Below are positions 21,701 to 35,100 of a DNA stretch of 64,000 nucleotides, one piece after another. How positions within the stretch are numbered: the stretch's first letter is position 1; every line of letters begins with the position of its first letter. The DNA comes from Chlorokybus atmophyticus (taxonomy: Eukaryota; Plantae; Mesostigma and Chlorokybus algae), in the NCBI GenBank assembly GCA_009103225.1, contig RHPI01001116.1:949267-1013266 (forward strand), read 5' to 3'. The position numbers and the translations under genes are program-made. The notes below the pieces were generated by a model, which was given only the letters and a program-made list of their open reading frames with translations, was not told where the DNA came from and did not search any database.

Positions 21701-22963
21701 GAGGTGACTTTTAGAAACTTTTCAATTTCACACCTCGTCGAGTTGTTGAAAACTTTCAATCAATAGCCACATTGTTTATGGTTGTCCTGCACAATTAAAA
21801 CGCACAATAGTTACTCATGTTTAACATGCATCATACAATAATATGCAATTTTATACATTCAACTTGCTTTTCGTGTATGAAACGGAAACGGTTTTCATGT
21901 AATGTACATCATACATGCACACACATACAAATGTATGTATATATATGCGCATGTTATACATGATGCATATTGATTGTCATGGCATAATATGATGTAAATG
22001 CTGCACATATTTTTTAACAGGTTAATGTTCATAACGTATATATTCTTGAATTATAGACGTGATATATATGATATTGTTCACCTTTCTGATCATCAGACCT
22101 TCAAAGTCTAGAGTTTTCTTGCAGATGCATCAATCTGCAAGAAAACTCTAGCTGAAATACTATGAGCATATTGAAACACAAGAACAAACAAACACTGACA
22201 TGAGACCTCGTAATGCGCTAAAAACAAGCATGCCGAGGTGAGTTGTCAATGTCAGTCAACTTATACTACAACCCCATGCCTATCAAGCTATCAACCCGTT
22301 CCTGATGGGTCTTGTCAGTCACATTCAAGCTGCTGCGTCATTTAGCTGCGCCGCCAGTTCCCTTCCGTACGGTGACTGTCGGGTGCCTTCCCGGTCCAAG
22401 GCGCCGCCGACTTCGAACCGCCGTGCGATGAGCATCTTAGTTCGGGGAAACGGCATCATATCTTCGTCAATATTCCCCACCATCATGGTTAGGCACGAAC
22501 GTGTTTCGCTTGCAGAGGAACAAATGGGGACAAGAGCGACAGCTGTCCCACTGTTCCGTAAATCAATGCACTCCAGTGCAACCTCTCATGGCTAGACATG
22601 GCTATGGTACCTACAATAGGCTGTTTACCTGGTCCTTTCATGCGTACTGATCCCCGGTCAGTGCCGGTCGCCATTATGTCATGGCAATGCACGTACAGTG
22701 GCATGTAATGATGCATGCCTAATGCAGCGGTGCATAAGTTCATGCATTGGAGTGGCGGCGCGGGCGGCGGGGGAAGCGGGGGAGGTGAAGAAGAAGATTC
22801 CCCTCCGGGGATCAGGGAGGGTGAGAGAGGGTAAATTAGTAGTAGGTGGAGCAGAAACAGGGAGCGAGTAGTATCAAGTTGAGGAGGAGGTGCGGGTGGA
22901 GGAGGAGGAGGAGGAGGAGGAGAAGGAGGAGGCGGAGTGGGAGGGGGCGTCAGGGTAGCCAGG

Positions 22964-25683
22964 ATGGAGAGCAAGCGGGCGGCGGAGGGCGCCATGCAGG
23001 GCAACCCAGTGGAGGGATACGCTGGCGTCGTAAACTTTGAAGAGCATCCGGGCCAAACGACGGACGTCGTCATCAAGGGCGAGGTGGGCCCCACTGACTG
23101 AGTGCACCTGCCTGCATCCATGCTATGTTCCTGAGTGCATGCCTGTGTGTGTGATGTGTCCCATTGCTGATGGCTGTGTGTGCGTGTGTTAACAGACCAA
23201 GCAATACTCTCGCAACCCCGTCGTGCACTTCGTGCAATGGGTGCTGAGCTTCGTTATCCCCGGCATGGGCATGTTCTCCGAAGCCTACTTTATCTTCGCC
23301 GTCGGCAACCTCACCAACATATGGAAGTCGGAGTATCCTGGTAAGTTGTCAATGGATGCACGTAGCACAAGCACCCGCTCACACACATCTCAATGTCTTT
23401 ACACACCCCACCAGCAACCACAACTTCCCTGCTGCCCACAGCCTGAGGCCGTTGCTCTCTGTGTCGCGGCTATGTTTGTTTTCAGTTCCACGACCATCAT
23501 GATGTCGTGAGGACAACTCTTAACCTGGACATGTGTGTTTGCAGAGTGCTGGGTGACCCACGCGGTGTGTCGCAAAAACCTCTCGGACGTGATCCAGTAC
23601 TCTCAAATCGCTGGCATCATCGTCGGCATGCTGATCATCTCCTTCTTCGCCGACCGCCTCGGACGCAAGCTGGGCTCTGTCTTGACTGCCTCCATCATGT
23701 TGGTGCGTGCGTGCGTCATGTGTGTGCGGGTACATACATAAACCATGTTGTAAGTCGCTGCGTGACACTGTGTTGTGCTTTGACTGCAGGTAGGCGCTGG
23801 TCTTATGACGGGCGCGGCGGGCAGGTCCACGAGCGGCCTCTTCATCATGTTCCTCGTGGCCCAGGTCAGCTGAGCACGCGCACGTGCACGCACTGCTTGT
23901 GTGAAATGCTCGCTGTGCCACCAACTGTCTTTACCCCCCACCCCCGCAGATCTGGTTCGGTTTTGGCGTGGGCGGTGAGTACCCGATCGCGTCCTCCTCG
24001 GCAGCTGAGCGTGCAGAGGCAGACTCCAGACTCGTGCAGCGAAGAGGGGAGACCGTCGTGTGCGTTTTCTCCATGCAGGGCTGGGGCAACTTCGTCAACA
24101 CCTTGAACGTTGTATGGCTGCTCGCCGCCTTCGGAGAAAATGGCGCCCCTTACAACCCCGGTACTTGTATAGTGTAGTTAGTTTATGCCTGAGTGCATTG
24201 CTGTTCCCAAAGCCAACTCTCTCTCGCTGTCTCTCAGGCCACCTGAATGCTGTGTGGAGGATCTCCCTTGGGCTTGGCATCTTCCCCATCATCTTCATGC
24301 TCGGCTGGCGCATTTTCGTCCTCAAGGAGAGCGCCGTGTGGAAGGCAAAGCGTCAGTCCCTCGAGAAGAGCGGCGTGGGCGTGCGCTTTGACAACCGCAA
24401 GCTCCTCCTTGTGTTCAAACACTATGGCCCGCGACTCGTGGGCACGTCCCTGTCGTGGTTCGTGTGGGACTTTGCCTTCTACGGAAATAAGCTCTTCCAG
24501 TCGACATTCATCAAGATCATCAACCCTGGTGCAGGCGTGCGCGAAGGTGCGCGTTTGTGGGAGCGTTGTTGACATACAATGGGTTCGTATTGAGTGCTGT
24601 GTGGCTGTGCACGCAACAACCAATCACATCTAAACACGCGTACACGCAGTCGCGCTGTGGACGTTGCTCAACTCGGGAGTGGCGCTGGTGGGCTACTACT
24701 TTGCTGCGTTCACCATCGACAAGGTGAGTGGGTAGCAATCACACTATCACAGGAGCAAGCCTAGAGTGAGTACATATAGAGATGACAAACTCACCCACAT
24801 GCGCGCACGCATGCAGACGTGGATGGGTCGTCGTCGCATGCAGAACATGGGCTTCGTGTGGATGTTTGTGCTGTTTACCATCTGCGCGGCGGCCTACCAC
24901 CACCTCCTCAAGCCCGGCTCCCCCATCCACTGGTTCCAGTTCATGTACTACTTCTCGTCCTTCTGGGGCCAGTGGGGTCCCAATGCGACCACGTGGCTGC
25001 TCGCCGGTGAGCTGTACCCGACGGAGGTGCGCGCCATGTGCCATGGTATCTCCGCAGCATGGGGCAAGGTGGGTGTGTGTCTGCAAGTGTTATCAATGGT
25101 AGCGGAGGGGAGTATGCTTACGCATCTGCTCTACTGCACAGTTGGGTGCGCTTGTGTCGGGCATCATCTTTGCGCATGTCTCGGACCGCGCCAAGTTCTG
25201 GGCCTCTGGCGTGTGCGGCCTCGTCGGCATCGTCGTCACAACCCTCTTCATCCCGGATTACACCGGTCTCGACTTGCGAGAGGCAGACAAGTACGTACCG
25301 ACAAACACATGTATACCCACACCACCACTAACCCTAGGACATCCTCGTGTCTGTCCCTCTCTCACACACGCGCGCACATGCATGCATGACTCACAGTTAT
25401 ACCCATACCTATACCTGTACCCATATCTACGCACACACCTCACCCACCTTATCTACCCACCAGGTTGTGGTTGTATCGGGCTGAGAACCGCTCAGACCGG
25501 TACCACGGTGAGGCCATCAACCCGCGCCACTTGTCGTTGTTTGAGAGGTTGGTTTTCCGCACGGGTGCTGGCTACAACCCTGAGCTCGCCGCCAAGGCGC
25601 ACGACAGCCAGGGGTACGGCACGTATGCCAACACCAAGAGTGGAAAGGAGTTGACGAATGTAAGCAAAACGGATGTTGCCTGA
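22964..25683 (+). CDS. Inorganic phosphate:H+ symporter (MFS, PHT1/Pho84/algal PTA-like), about 10 exons
   Basis: ATG at 22964. Exons joined at GT-AG give IPGMGMFSEAYFIFAVGN, FFADRLGRK, GFGVGGEYPIASSSAAE, FSMQGWG, WDFAFYGNKLFQ, GPNATTWLLAGELYPTEVRAMCHGISAAWGK and stop ...KTDVA*. Confidence 0.92.
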
Positions 25684-27359
25684 AGTCCTTGAGTTGAGTA
25701 TTGGAAGGTTATACGATTGTATGTTAGTCATACTCCTAATGGTGTTGACAGTTTATTTGTTATCGTTGGTGTTCTAGTTGCGTGTAGTCATCTGCTGTTG
25801 CGTAAGGAACACGCATAGAGCTGGTCTGTTGTCTGTGCGGTTGTACATACATGTGTGACAGTTGTCATGCAAATGATGGTGATAGTCCCAGTATATAGAG
25901 CTGTAGTTCAGTACAGCAGCAGTAGTTATTTTGTGCTGTCTGAACATGCAGCATTCAATGTTCAGTGTTTTACCTTGGCCAGCATTGGTACAGCGTAGTG
26001 ATTAGTTCCAACTCATGCATCTACACAAAATACACTTGTGCCTCGGGGTGAATAGCTAAGCGCATGCAATCAGATGTGCAGTGTAATAGACAGTAATGGC
26101 CAAGTATTCCGGCGATTTTGTAAGTAAATCCCTGACTGCAAACTGTATAGCTAGGTGAATAGGTTGTAGTAGAGTTTCGACGTGTGCTGACAGGTTTGGA
26201 GTGAGCCATCAAAGGCCAACGCAAATGCCTGCATAAGGAAAAATTGTGGCAAGACCATGGGTCGATACGCATCACCTACGTGGATTGTAATGGGTGGTAT
26301 GGAAATTGCACAAACATTCGCAAACTGTCAACCCCCATGTCATCTCTGCTGTGTCAGGTGGTTGAAGCATAACAGAATTTGGATCCTGATGGGTTCCTCT
26401 ACTGGTTGTATGCTATGCCATCCCGGCGTAATTCCAGCCTGCCTACCGTTGGTATGCACGCATATAGGAAACCAGCCCCTTAGCTAGCTTGATGTTGGTT
26501 GCCTTGTAGTGTTGATATACAATGTGCCTTGCTTTGCCCTGCCCTCGGTGCTGTGCTGTGCTGTGTGACTGGGGGGTTACCTCAATGCTATACGCTATGC
26601 ATGGTGACTGCACATGCATTCACGTGCGCGCGTGCATGCGTGTGCCTGCGCATTGGTGCACACCACCACTTGTTGTCACCAAAGCTCTATGCGCACACGT
26701 GGTCATAGCAACTTCGCCCACAAGTACAATGCGATGCGTGTGGCCAACCTGTACACAGCAGCCACACACAACCACATCCTCTAGAGCGCGCGACACTCAG
26801 TCGTCCTCGGATCGCGTCCCTCAATGTGGACTTGACTGTAGTGTTAGACACACACGCAGTTCTTGTGGCAACCACGCACAGACGCTCAAGTACGCAAGGC
26901 ATGCATGCTCGCACCAGCAGCATGCTCCTGCACACCCAGCACAATGGCGGCCCACAATGTCCAAAACAGCAGGCATCGCCCCTCCCTCCAGCCAACCCGG
27001 GTGGGAAAGTTATGCAGGTTACGCCTTTGAGTTCAATCATGCGGCCTGTCTGTCTCCGTCCAACCCTAACGCTGCATTCGCTTGCCGTAGCAGTCAAAGC
27101 GGACGAGGACACATCATCATGCACCATGCATGCCCCGTCAGCAGCAGCTCGGCCTGGACCTACCTCACCGCCACGGTGGCCCATTAAAAACACGCACGCC
27201 TGTTGACAACACTGCACGAATGCGTGTAACGCGGCTCACAGCATATGTCTATATCGCGGGCTAGCGTTTCAGCTCAAGCGCTTAGCGCGTCAACTCAATT
27301 CAATTCAATTCAACAGTTCAAAAGTGAAGCCGCGCAAGCCCGCTGCTGACAAGGAGGAC

Positions 27360-28948
27360 ATGGCGACGGCGGTGGCGGTGGCGGCGGCGGGAGGAGGAGG
27401 AGGAGGAGGAGGAGCGAGGGAGGCGGCGAGGCAGGCAGGGAGGGATCTCCTCCAGGAATTTCGAGCCCGCCGGGCGCTGGCAGTGAGCCTCGCCGCCGCC
27501 GCCACCGCCGCCTCCGCTGAAGAGCGGGAGCCTCACAAGACTAAGCAGGAGGTGGTGGAAGGGGCGGAGGTTAAGGAGAAGGAGAAGGAGAAGGAGAAGG
27601 ATGACCTGCTTGCTACGTGGAGGCGCGCACGTGCATCTTCCTCCTCCCGCCGCAGCATCGTCTCAGCCCCCCGGCATGAGGAGCAGCCAGGCCTGCTCCT
27701 GCGTCGGCCGCACGCAGTGGTAGGGTTGCTGCTGCCCCTGGCCGAGGCGGACGACAACAAGGACGCGCCACCGTCACCCGCCGCCGTCGTCTCCCCACTC
27801 CCGCCCCTGCCCTCCACCGCCGCCGCCTCCTCCTCCTCCTCTTCGTCCAGGCGTGGGCGGCGGAGCCTCGGCGTGCAGTGCGAGCCCACACCGCAGCAGG
27901 AGGAGGCGGCGGCGGCAGCAAGGCTGCCTCACGTTGAGGGTTGTTTGGGGTCACAGGAGGGGGTGACGTTAATAAGGTGAGGACGCAAGATCACGATTGC
28001 GATTGAGTATGGTATGCATGTGCATGCATGCATGCATGCCAGTGTCCCCCTGTTGTGTTGTATAGTGCATGCAAGGTGCGTGTGCCAGTGTGTTTACAGC
28101 AGCAGCATTGACGACCCAATGTACGACAGCAGTCATGCGCACACGATTGTCATGCACATGCTGTTGCTGCTTGATGGTTATCATCATGTGGTCCCTCATA
28201 AACGCGTATCTGCATGGCACGTGTTCTGGCTGTCGTTGTGTTTTGGTCGCATTGCACCTCGCGCGTTGTTGCCATGCATGCTGAATGCAGAGGTTATATT
28301 GTTAACATCAGCGGCAGGCCCGAGCGGACAGTCCGCGAGGCGGGCACCAGCACAATAACACAAGAGGAAGAAGGCAGCATGGATCAACAGCCACGCACGC
28401 CTCGGGTTGGAGCACAAGACGAACGCGACGTTCAGCAACTTGTGTCCAAGCTTGTGGACCTGGTCAGTAGCACCTTCATTGTGATGGTGATGATGCCTAG
28501 GAGGGACTGTGAGAATCTACTCTCATGCTGTCATGTTGCAGACTGTTGTGGAGGCACTGTTTGATGACGCTGTGGAGGCATCCTGCCTCAGCCCGCACAA
28601 CACCAATAAAAGCTCTCATGTGACGCGTGAAGCACCCGCAGGGTCAGAGCCTTGCCCTTTGCTTGGTTACTCTGGTCACCCGCAAATCGCTGTTGACAAT
28701 AAAGCCACCCCTTCCCAAGCGTGTCAGGCAGAAAGGTAAGAGAAGCGAGCGTGCTGGAGAGCAGCAGAGTACTGGTTAGTACTTGCTCTTATTTGTTAAT
28801 TGTGTATGTTGGTTGCAGTGACAGCGAGGATGATGATGAGTTTGAGAAGGATGAGCTTGTGCAGATGCTGCGCACTCGGGTCGAGTGGTATCGCGGTCAA
28901 CTGCGCGAGAGCAGTCCACCCCATGCACAACCGAGGCTCGTGTGTTGA
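27360..28948 (+). CDS. Hypothetical multi-exon low-complexity protein
   Basis: ATG at 27360 opens a long GC-rich exon (MATAVAVAAAGGG...REAARQAGRDLLQEFRARR...). Later exon-like segments lie at about 28357-28460, 28540-28736 and 28820-28948 (DSEDDDEFEKDELVQMLRTRVEWYRGQLRE...*), with GT/AG boundaries. The exact model is uncertain. Confidence 0.5.
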
Positions 28949-30211
28949 CAACCATGCATAATTAATGACTGTAGTAGGGACTAGACAACATGCATTTGCA
29001 TAAGCGAGTCGCAGTTTAGCGAATTATGAGGACAGTTTGGCAATAAAATCACCGACTGCTTTACGCAACTGATGCTGCAGAGCCTGTACGACCAAGAGTT
29101 ACAGCAATGCACACATAACAGCAGCCCGTGTGGGCAGGTAATAATAAACGTGCGCATGTACATGCATGTTTAACGGGGAAGGCTAGTAGCTGGTAGTTTA
29201 GTGCAGTAGATTAGGACCGGTGGTGACAACGGTGAAATGTATACTAGTGTGCATGTAATGCTTGAGTGGTTGTGATGCATTGCATGCGTGTGCCTAATAG
29301 CACGTCGTATAACCTGTACACTGATGATATGCTAGCATGCGTACCTGCCTATCTAGTACATTGCAGACACGCCCCCAACCATCAACTGGTGGATAGGTAA
29401 CAATTGGCGCAATCACCTTTCAATCTGTCAGCATGGGCAACAGTGTCAGCGGATGGTTTTACACACTAGAAGATCATAATCATGCAACTTGTGTCACCGC
29501 GAATGTGTAATGTTTGGTCGCTTATTCTCTACTGTCCGCGCCGTCGTTATTGATCAACCTCAGCACGCTCTGAACATGATGTTTAGCAGCAAATTCGTGT
29601 CTTAACCAAGTGCCAATACCCCGAAATTTGTCTGTGTCTTGCGTCGTAAGTTGCAACTGCTCCATGCAGACAAAGCCAACCTGCACTTGGCGCACAATAC
29701 AGTAGCTTACTTCTTTGTCATGTAGCTAGACACGTAGGCTAGTATGCCAGCTTAGTGCCATGACACCATCCTTGCATACTACATTATACACCTCCCCAAA
29801 GCCAATGATATATGTACTGACTGAAACATTGCAATGTGACAAACCGTGTACTGTAACAGTTCTTGTTTCCATTATTCCCACTGATCAGCACAAAAAACCC
29901 GACATGAAACATTATTTCAAAAGGTCAGCTGTTGTAAGTTGTTTTTATCTTCCACGTATGTACTTGCAACTTGCCTCTCTTTACATACTTTGCCTAATCA
30001 CACAAGGCACACCAAACCAAGGTGACAGCTGCGATACACAATCCCACCAGGCACGGCACTGCACATGGCATGTACACATATTGACACATCAGCCTGAGCA
30101 CACATCCAGCAGTCACCTACACCACACTTTTGGCGCGTGCATATACTGCAATATGGTTATATGAACAATCCCAGGGATGAGTGTTCTACAGGGAGGGGTA
30201 ACCAACTAAAT

Positions 30212-31565
30212 CTAAGCGATGGTGAAAGAGTCAAAGACGGGCCTGACAGCGCGGTCAGTGCCCTTGAACCAGCGCTTGTCTCCGGCCTGAATCTTGAGGA
30301 CATACAGGTTGCCATCCTTGACAGCAGCGTTGATCAGCTGGTGCCTGCCACCCTCATCGCCATCGGCTGCGGAGAACAAGTTAAGAATATTCAGCAAACC
30401 ACAGTGCATACAACCATATATGATCAACTCAGTATTCTCAACATACCGGTGGTGGTGAGCATCTCGTATTTGTAGTAAGTGGTGCCGTTCCTGTCCTTGG
30501 TGGTATTCACGTCCAGGAGAGCGGTCTTGGCAACCTTGCCAGAGGCAAAGCCACCCTCTGAGCGGGTCTCACCAGAATACACCTGAAAGAGGTCATCACC
30601 CAACGTCAACCACCAATCCGGAAAATCCTTCCTGAACGAGGTATACATGAAGCATACTCAACATGAAGTCCAACTGCCCAAGGACCCATGCAACACCAAC
30701 GGGGTAGCTACCTGCTGACCGAGGAAGAAGGAGATCTGGTCCAGGAAGGTCTCAGGGCTGCCGTAGTCCGTAACAGAGCTCTTGGTGGTGGGGGTCTTGG
30801 TCACAACCATGTTGGAGACGGCATCGAAGTTGTCCTCGAAGCTGCCAGCCAACACCCAAGATGTCAGTGCTTGATCTGCTGTGTACTGTGACAATTGAAG
30901 GACCACTGCAGCGGCAACTTACCGAGCCTGTGTGTTGGGGAAGTCCTGCTCCTTAGATGTGTTCCACTTGGCGGGGACAGCGACGGTGAAGCCAGCACCC
31001 TTGAACACGCGGAAGCCTGCGACGCACAGACAACACCATCAGCTTTATAGATGCAACCGTGCATGGAGGCGATGAAGATTGAACCTCCTGCTACGATTGA
31101 AAAGGATTCTTCTTACCGGTGTTGGGGGTGGCAGAGCCGAAGACGTTGGCGCGCTCGCCGTAGGCGGCGAGGGCGGGCTTGTCGGCGAGCGTGGCAGCGG
31201 CGAGGGTGGTGGCGACCAGGCCCAGGGCGGCGCGCCGGGAGATGCTGTCCTCCTCGATATGGCACACGGTCGAGCGCTGCACAGCAACATCGTGAGCAAC
31301 ACAATCATTAAACCTCAGCCACACCACTGCCACTGCCAGCCAGTGCCAGCTCCCTTTGCATGCTGGCCAGTATGCAAAGTGTTGAACAAGCCATCAAGGT
31401 GTGCTAACCATGAGCAACTGTAACGTGTGACCCAAAATGAACTAGCATGCTCACCTTGGCAGCGCAGACCGGCGCGGCGGCACGGGCGCGGCGAGTCTCC
31501 TTGAGCTCTGAGCCCAAGAAGGAGGTCTTGGGTGCCGAGACGGCGGCAGCGGTGGACAACGCCAT
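30212..31565 (-). CDS. PSBP: Photosystem II oxygen-evolving enhancer protein 2 (PsbP, 23 kDa), 6 exons
   Basis: Transit peptide [18 protein letters not shown], twin-Arg lumen signal SRRAALGL...[41 protein letters not shown] and [35 protein letters not shown]. Confidence 0.97.
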
Positions 31566-32127
31566 TGCAACCACACGCAAGAAGCTGGCAACCACCGCTA
31601 CCTGCACGTCCTCCTCCTCCTCCTGCTCACCACTGACGCCGCCCCCTTTCTCTTCACTTGCTGACAGGCGCTGCGGGCAGAGTGATGGCTGCGGTGATGA
31701 CTATGACGGACTGCCGTGTGCGGACCAATCAAATACCGGCATTCCCGACCAATCCTGACCAGCCATTCCCGATAAGGAGGGGGCGGACGCACCCGCGGCA
31801 CAGGGCTACAATCCACACACTTCTTCGGAGGGTCTGGATCCGGCTTCGAACTGGACTCTATTTGACTCCGCTCGATCGACCTGGATAAAACTTTGAGATA
31901 CCGTATGAGATATCGTACAGTAATACGCGGTACAGTGCGTGTCGTAGGTGACGGTTCGGTGAGTTATGCTCGTAACGTAGCCGGCGGCGGCGGCGGCGGC
32001 GGTGGTGGCGGGAAGGACGCTGCGCTGGTGCTGGCGGCGGCAGTGGCGTAGTTGGGGACGTGGCGGTGGTACTGCTGGTGGTGGTGCTTGAGCGGATGGT
32101 GTGAGAGGTGGTGTTTGTCTTGGCGTG

Positions 32128-35100
32128 ATGGCGAAGCGGAAGGCGCCTGGTGCCGGAGGCGGCGGTGCGGGCCTGAACGGCGAGGAGGATTTCCCTCGAG
32201 GTGTGTGTTGTTACTGCTGCTTGTTGCGCAAGTAACAATTGCCATGACGATTGTTCTGGCTTAGCTTCAATTGTGACATTGGTCGCATGCAAATCCTCTG
32301 TCAAGAGCTGCGTATCATGCTCGTCTGCATGGTGCAACAGGGCTTTCACACTGTTTTGCTTTGCTTTGCTTTGCTGATTTACCGCGCCTTTGAGCTCACC
32401 CAGTGTTCGCATGCACTTTGTCCTTGTCCTGTTAAGCGAAAGAGCGACTTACGTCTCATCTCGTTGCTGGGTTCATCACGTGTCAACGATGTTGTGTGAC
32501 AACGTCGTGTTGTTGTGTTACTGTTGTAAAGTGGGAAGTGACAGTGCTTTACTTTTAATCTAATTGAAAGTTAGATTTCAAGAAACGTACTGCCTGTATG
32601 TATACAAGCTGCAAGTGCATGCTGTGTGTGAGTTGCCATTGAGGCTGCAGCTTCACAACAAGCACGCCCATGTAGCTATTCCATCATCGTCATCGTCGTC
32701 ATCAACATCATCACCTCCACCATCGTCATTACCATCATCATCCTCATCATCTTTCAGGTGGTGCTAGTGTGTTGACTCCCCTTGAGCTTCGCGAGGCCCG
32801 CGAGGAGGCCGAGCGCGACTTCTTCCGTTCCGCTGGCGGCGCGGCAGAGGCCGGCGCGGGCGTCAAGCGCAGGAAGAAGAAGGAAATGACTCTTGATGAC
32901 GATGGTGGTGACGCCGCGGTGGATGCCGACGACGGCGCGTTCTTAAGCAGCATCGGAGCGAAGCTGCCAAAACACGTCGGATTGCTCACGTTCAAGGTAC
33001 ATTGGGTTGGCGCGAGTTCGTGGAAGTTTGTTCAGTTGGGTATATCAACTTAACAACGTGTTGTTGTGCTTGAGCAGGGGCTTGCTGTTGGGATGAAGCT
33101 GTGGGGCATTATCGCCGACATCAGCCGCAATGACCTGACCATCAGCCTGCCCAACGGGTTGCGCGGATTCGTGCCTTACAAGATGGCGTCGGACGTGCTA
33201 GCAAACGCACGCAATGACGACGACGACGAGGTGCGCGCGAGTACCACATACCCAACATAACATGCATTTCCACTCTTACCCATGTGTTGTTGACTCTTAC
33301 CCATGTGCAGGAGTCTGCCCCAAAGCTGGCAGAGCTGTTCAGAGATGGCCAGCTTGTGCAGTGCGTTGTGGTCGGGTTGGGTGAGACGAAGCCGAAGAAG
33401 AAAGAAAGCAGCAAAGGAGACGGGAGAAAGGCCGGCAAACGCATCGAGTTATCAATGCTACTATCTGCTGTCAATGATGGTCTCAGCTTTGACACTCTCC
33501 ACCAAGACATGGTAAGGGTGTTTCACTGTAATGTGTATGTGCGCTTGTTGGGTTGGTTGCTCACATGTATGTGTTGATCTTGTTCAGGTTGTTACTGCGT
33601 GCGTGAAGAGTGTGGAGGATCACGGGTGCGTGCTGGCTTTCGGGCCGCCGAAGATTACGGGCTTTTTACTCAACAGCGATCGCCAGCCGTCGGCAGGTAT
33701 TGTGTCGCACACACGTAAGCCAGCATTGTTGACAGTCTGCATGCCTGATGTCGGTTTGCTTGCACAGATACGACCGTGCCATCGCCACTGCAAGAAGGCC
33801 AGCTGGTGTCTGTCATCATCAAGAGCGTCGACAAGGCCAAGAGGCTCGTCTCTGTGCGAGAGGACGTCAAAGCCGCAGCAAGCACAGCTGTAAGTGAGCG
33901 TGTGCGTGTAAGTGAGCGTGTGCGTGTGCGTGTGTTGTGCAACTCAGTGCGACATCCCTGCAGGTCAAAGAAGTGGAGGGGTTGACGCTTCAGTCGCTCA
34001 CGCCGGGCATGCTTGTCAATGCGCGCGTACGCGCGGTTCTCCCCGATGGGTTGTTGTGCCTCTTCCTGACTTACTTCACCGGAACAGTAAGACAACATGG
34101 TTTTATGACACAAGAAGTGTATGTTATCCCTCACAGTTTGCTGACCCTCCACTCATCAGGTGGACATCTATCATCTTGACGACGTGTGCCCGACTCAAAG
34201 CCTGAGTCAGAAGTTTGCAGTCAATCAGCGACTGCGAGCGCGCATTCTATACATTGACGTCTTGACAAAAAGAATCGGGCTCACATTGCAACCGCGCCTG
34301 CTCAATCTCTCACCGATCCCACAGGTTTGTTACTCATCACGCTTTTGATAGTTTGCACGCAATGGCCTTGTAACATGTGGGGTTTGTTGTAACAGCGGTT
34401 GCCGATCGGTGCAATGGTGGAGAACGCGGTGATAAAGAGGATCGACGCAGATGTGGGTATGTTGTTGGAGGCGCCCGATCGCGTGGGTGCATACGTCCAC
34501 ATATCCAATGTGTCGGATGAGAAGGTGGATAAGCTTGACAAGCAGTATAAAAAGGGTCAGAAGGTAAAGGGTAGAGTCATTGGCTTCCGCCCGATGGACA
34601 ACCTCCTCAACGTGGCGTTGAAACCATCCGTAGTTGAACAAAACATATTATCAATAGCCGACATGAAACCCGGGATGATGATGAAGGCGAGTGTGGCATC
34701 GGTGCACCCTTTCGGCGTGTTCTTCGCCCTCACCGATGGCGTGAAGGCGTTGTGTCCGTTGACTCACCTATCCGACGTGCCGATGCTGAAGCCGAGTTCG
34801 AAGTTCAAAGCGGGCGCGAAGATGAAAGTGCGCGTGCTGTCGGTAGAGCCTATTGAAAAAAAGGTTGTGGTTACGCATAAGAAGACACTCATGAACTCCA
34901 AGTTGCCCGTCCTCGCGGATTATGCACACGCCATGGAGGGCGTCGTCACGCACGGCGTCATCACCGGCGTGCAAGAGTACGGATGCTTCGTATCCTTATA
35001 CGGCAACGTCAGGGGCCTCGCACACAGGTATAATGTTGGCACGCTGCGTCAAACACAAAATAGTTGCTTCTCTCTGATAGTGTAACCTTTTGTTCGCAGC

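Noticed and set aside
22330-22491. Short minus-strand ORF MMVGNIDEDMMPFPRTKMLIARRFEVGG...
   Set aside because: It is about 50 codons, with no recognisable motif or supporting splice structure.
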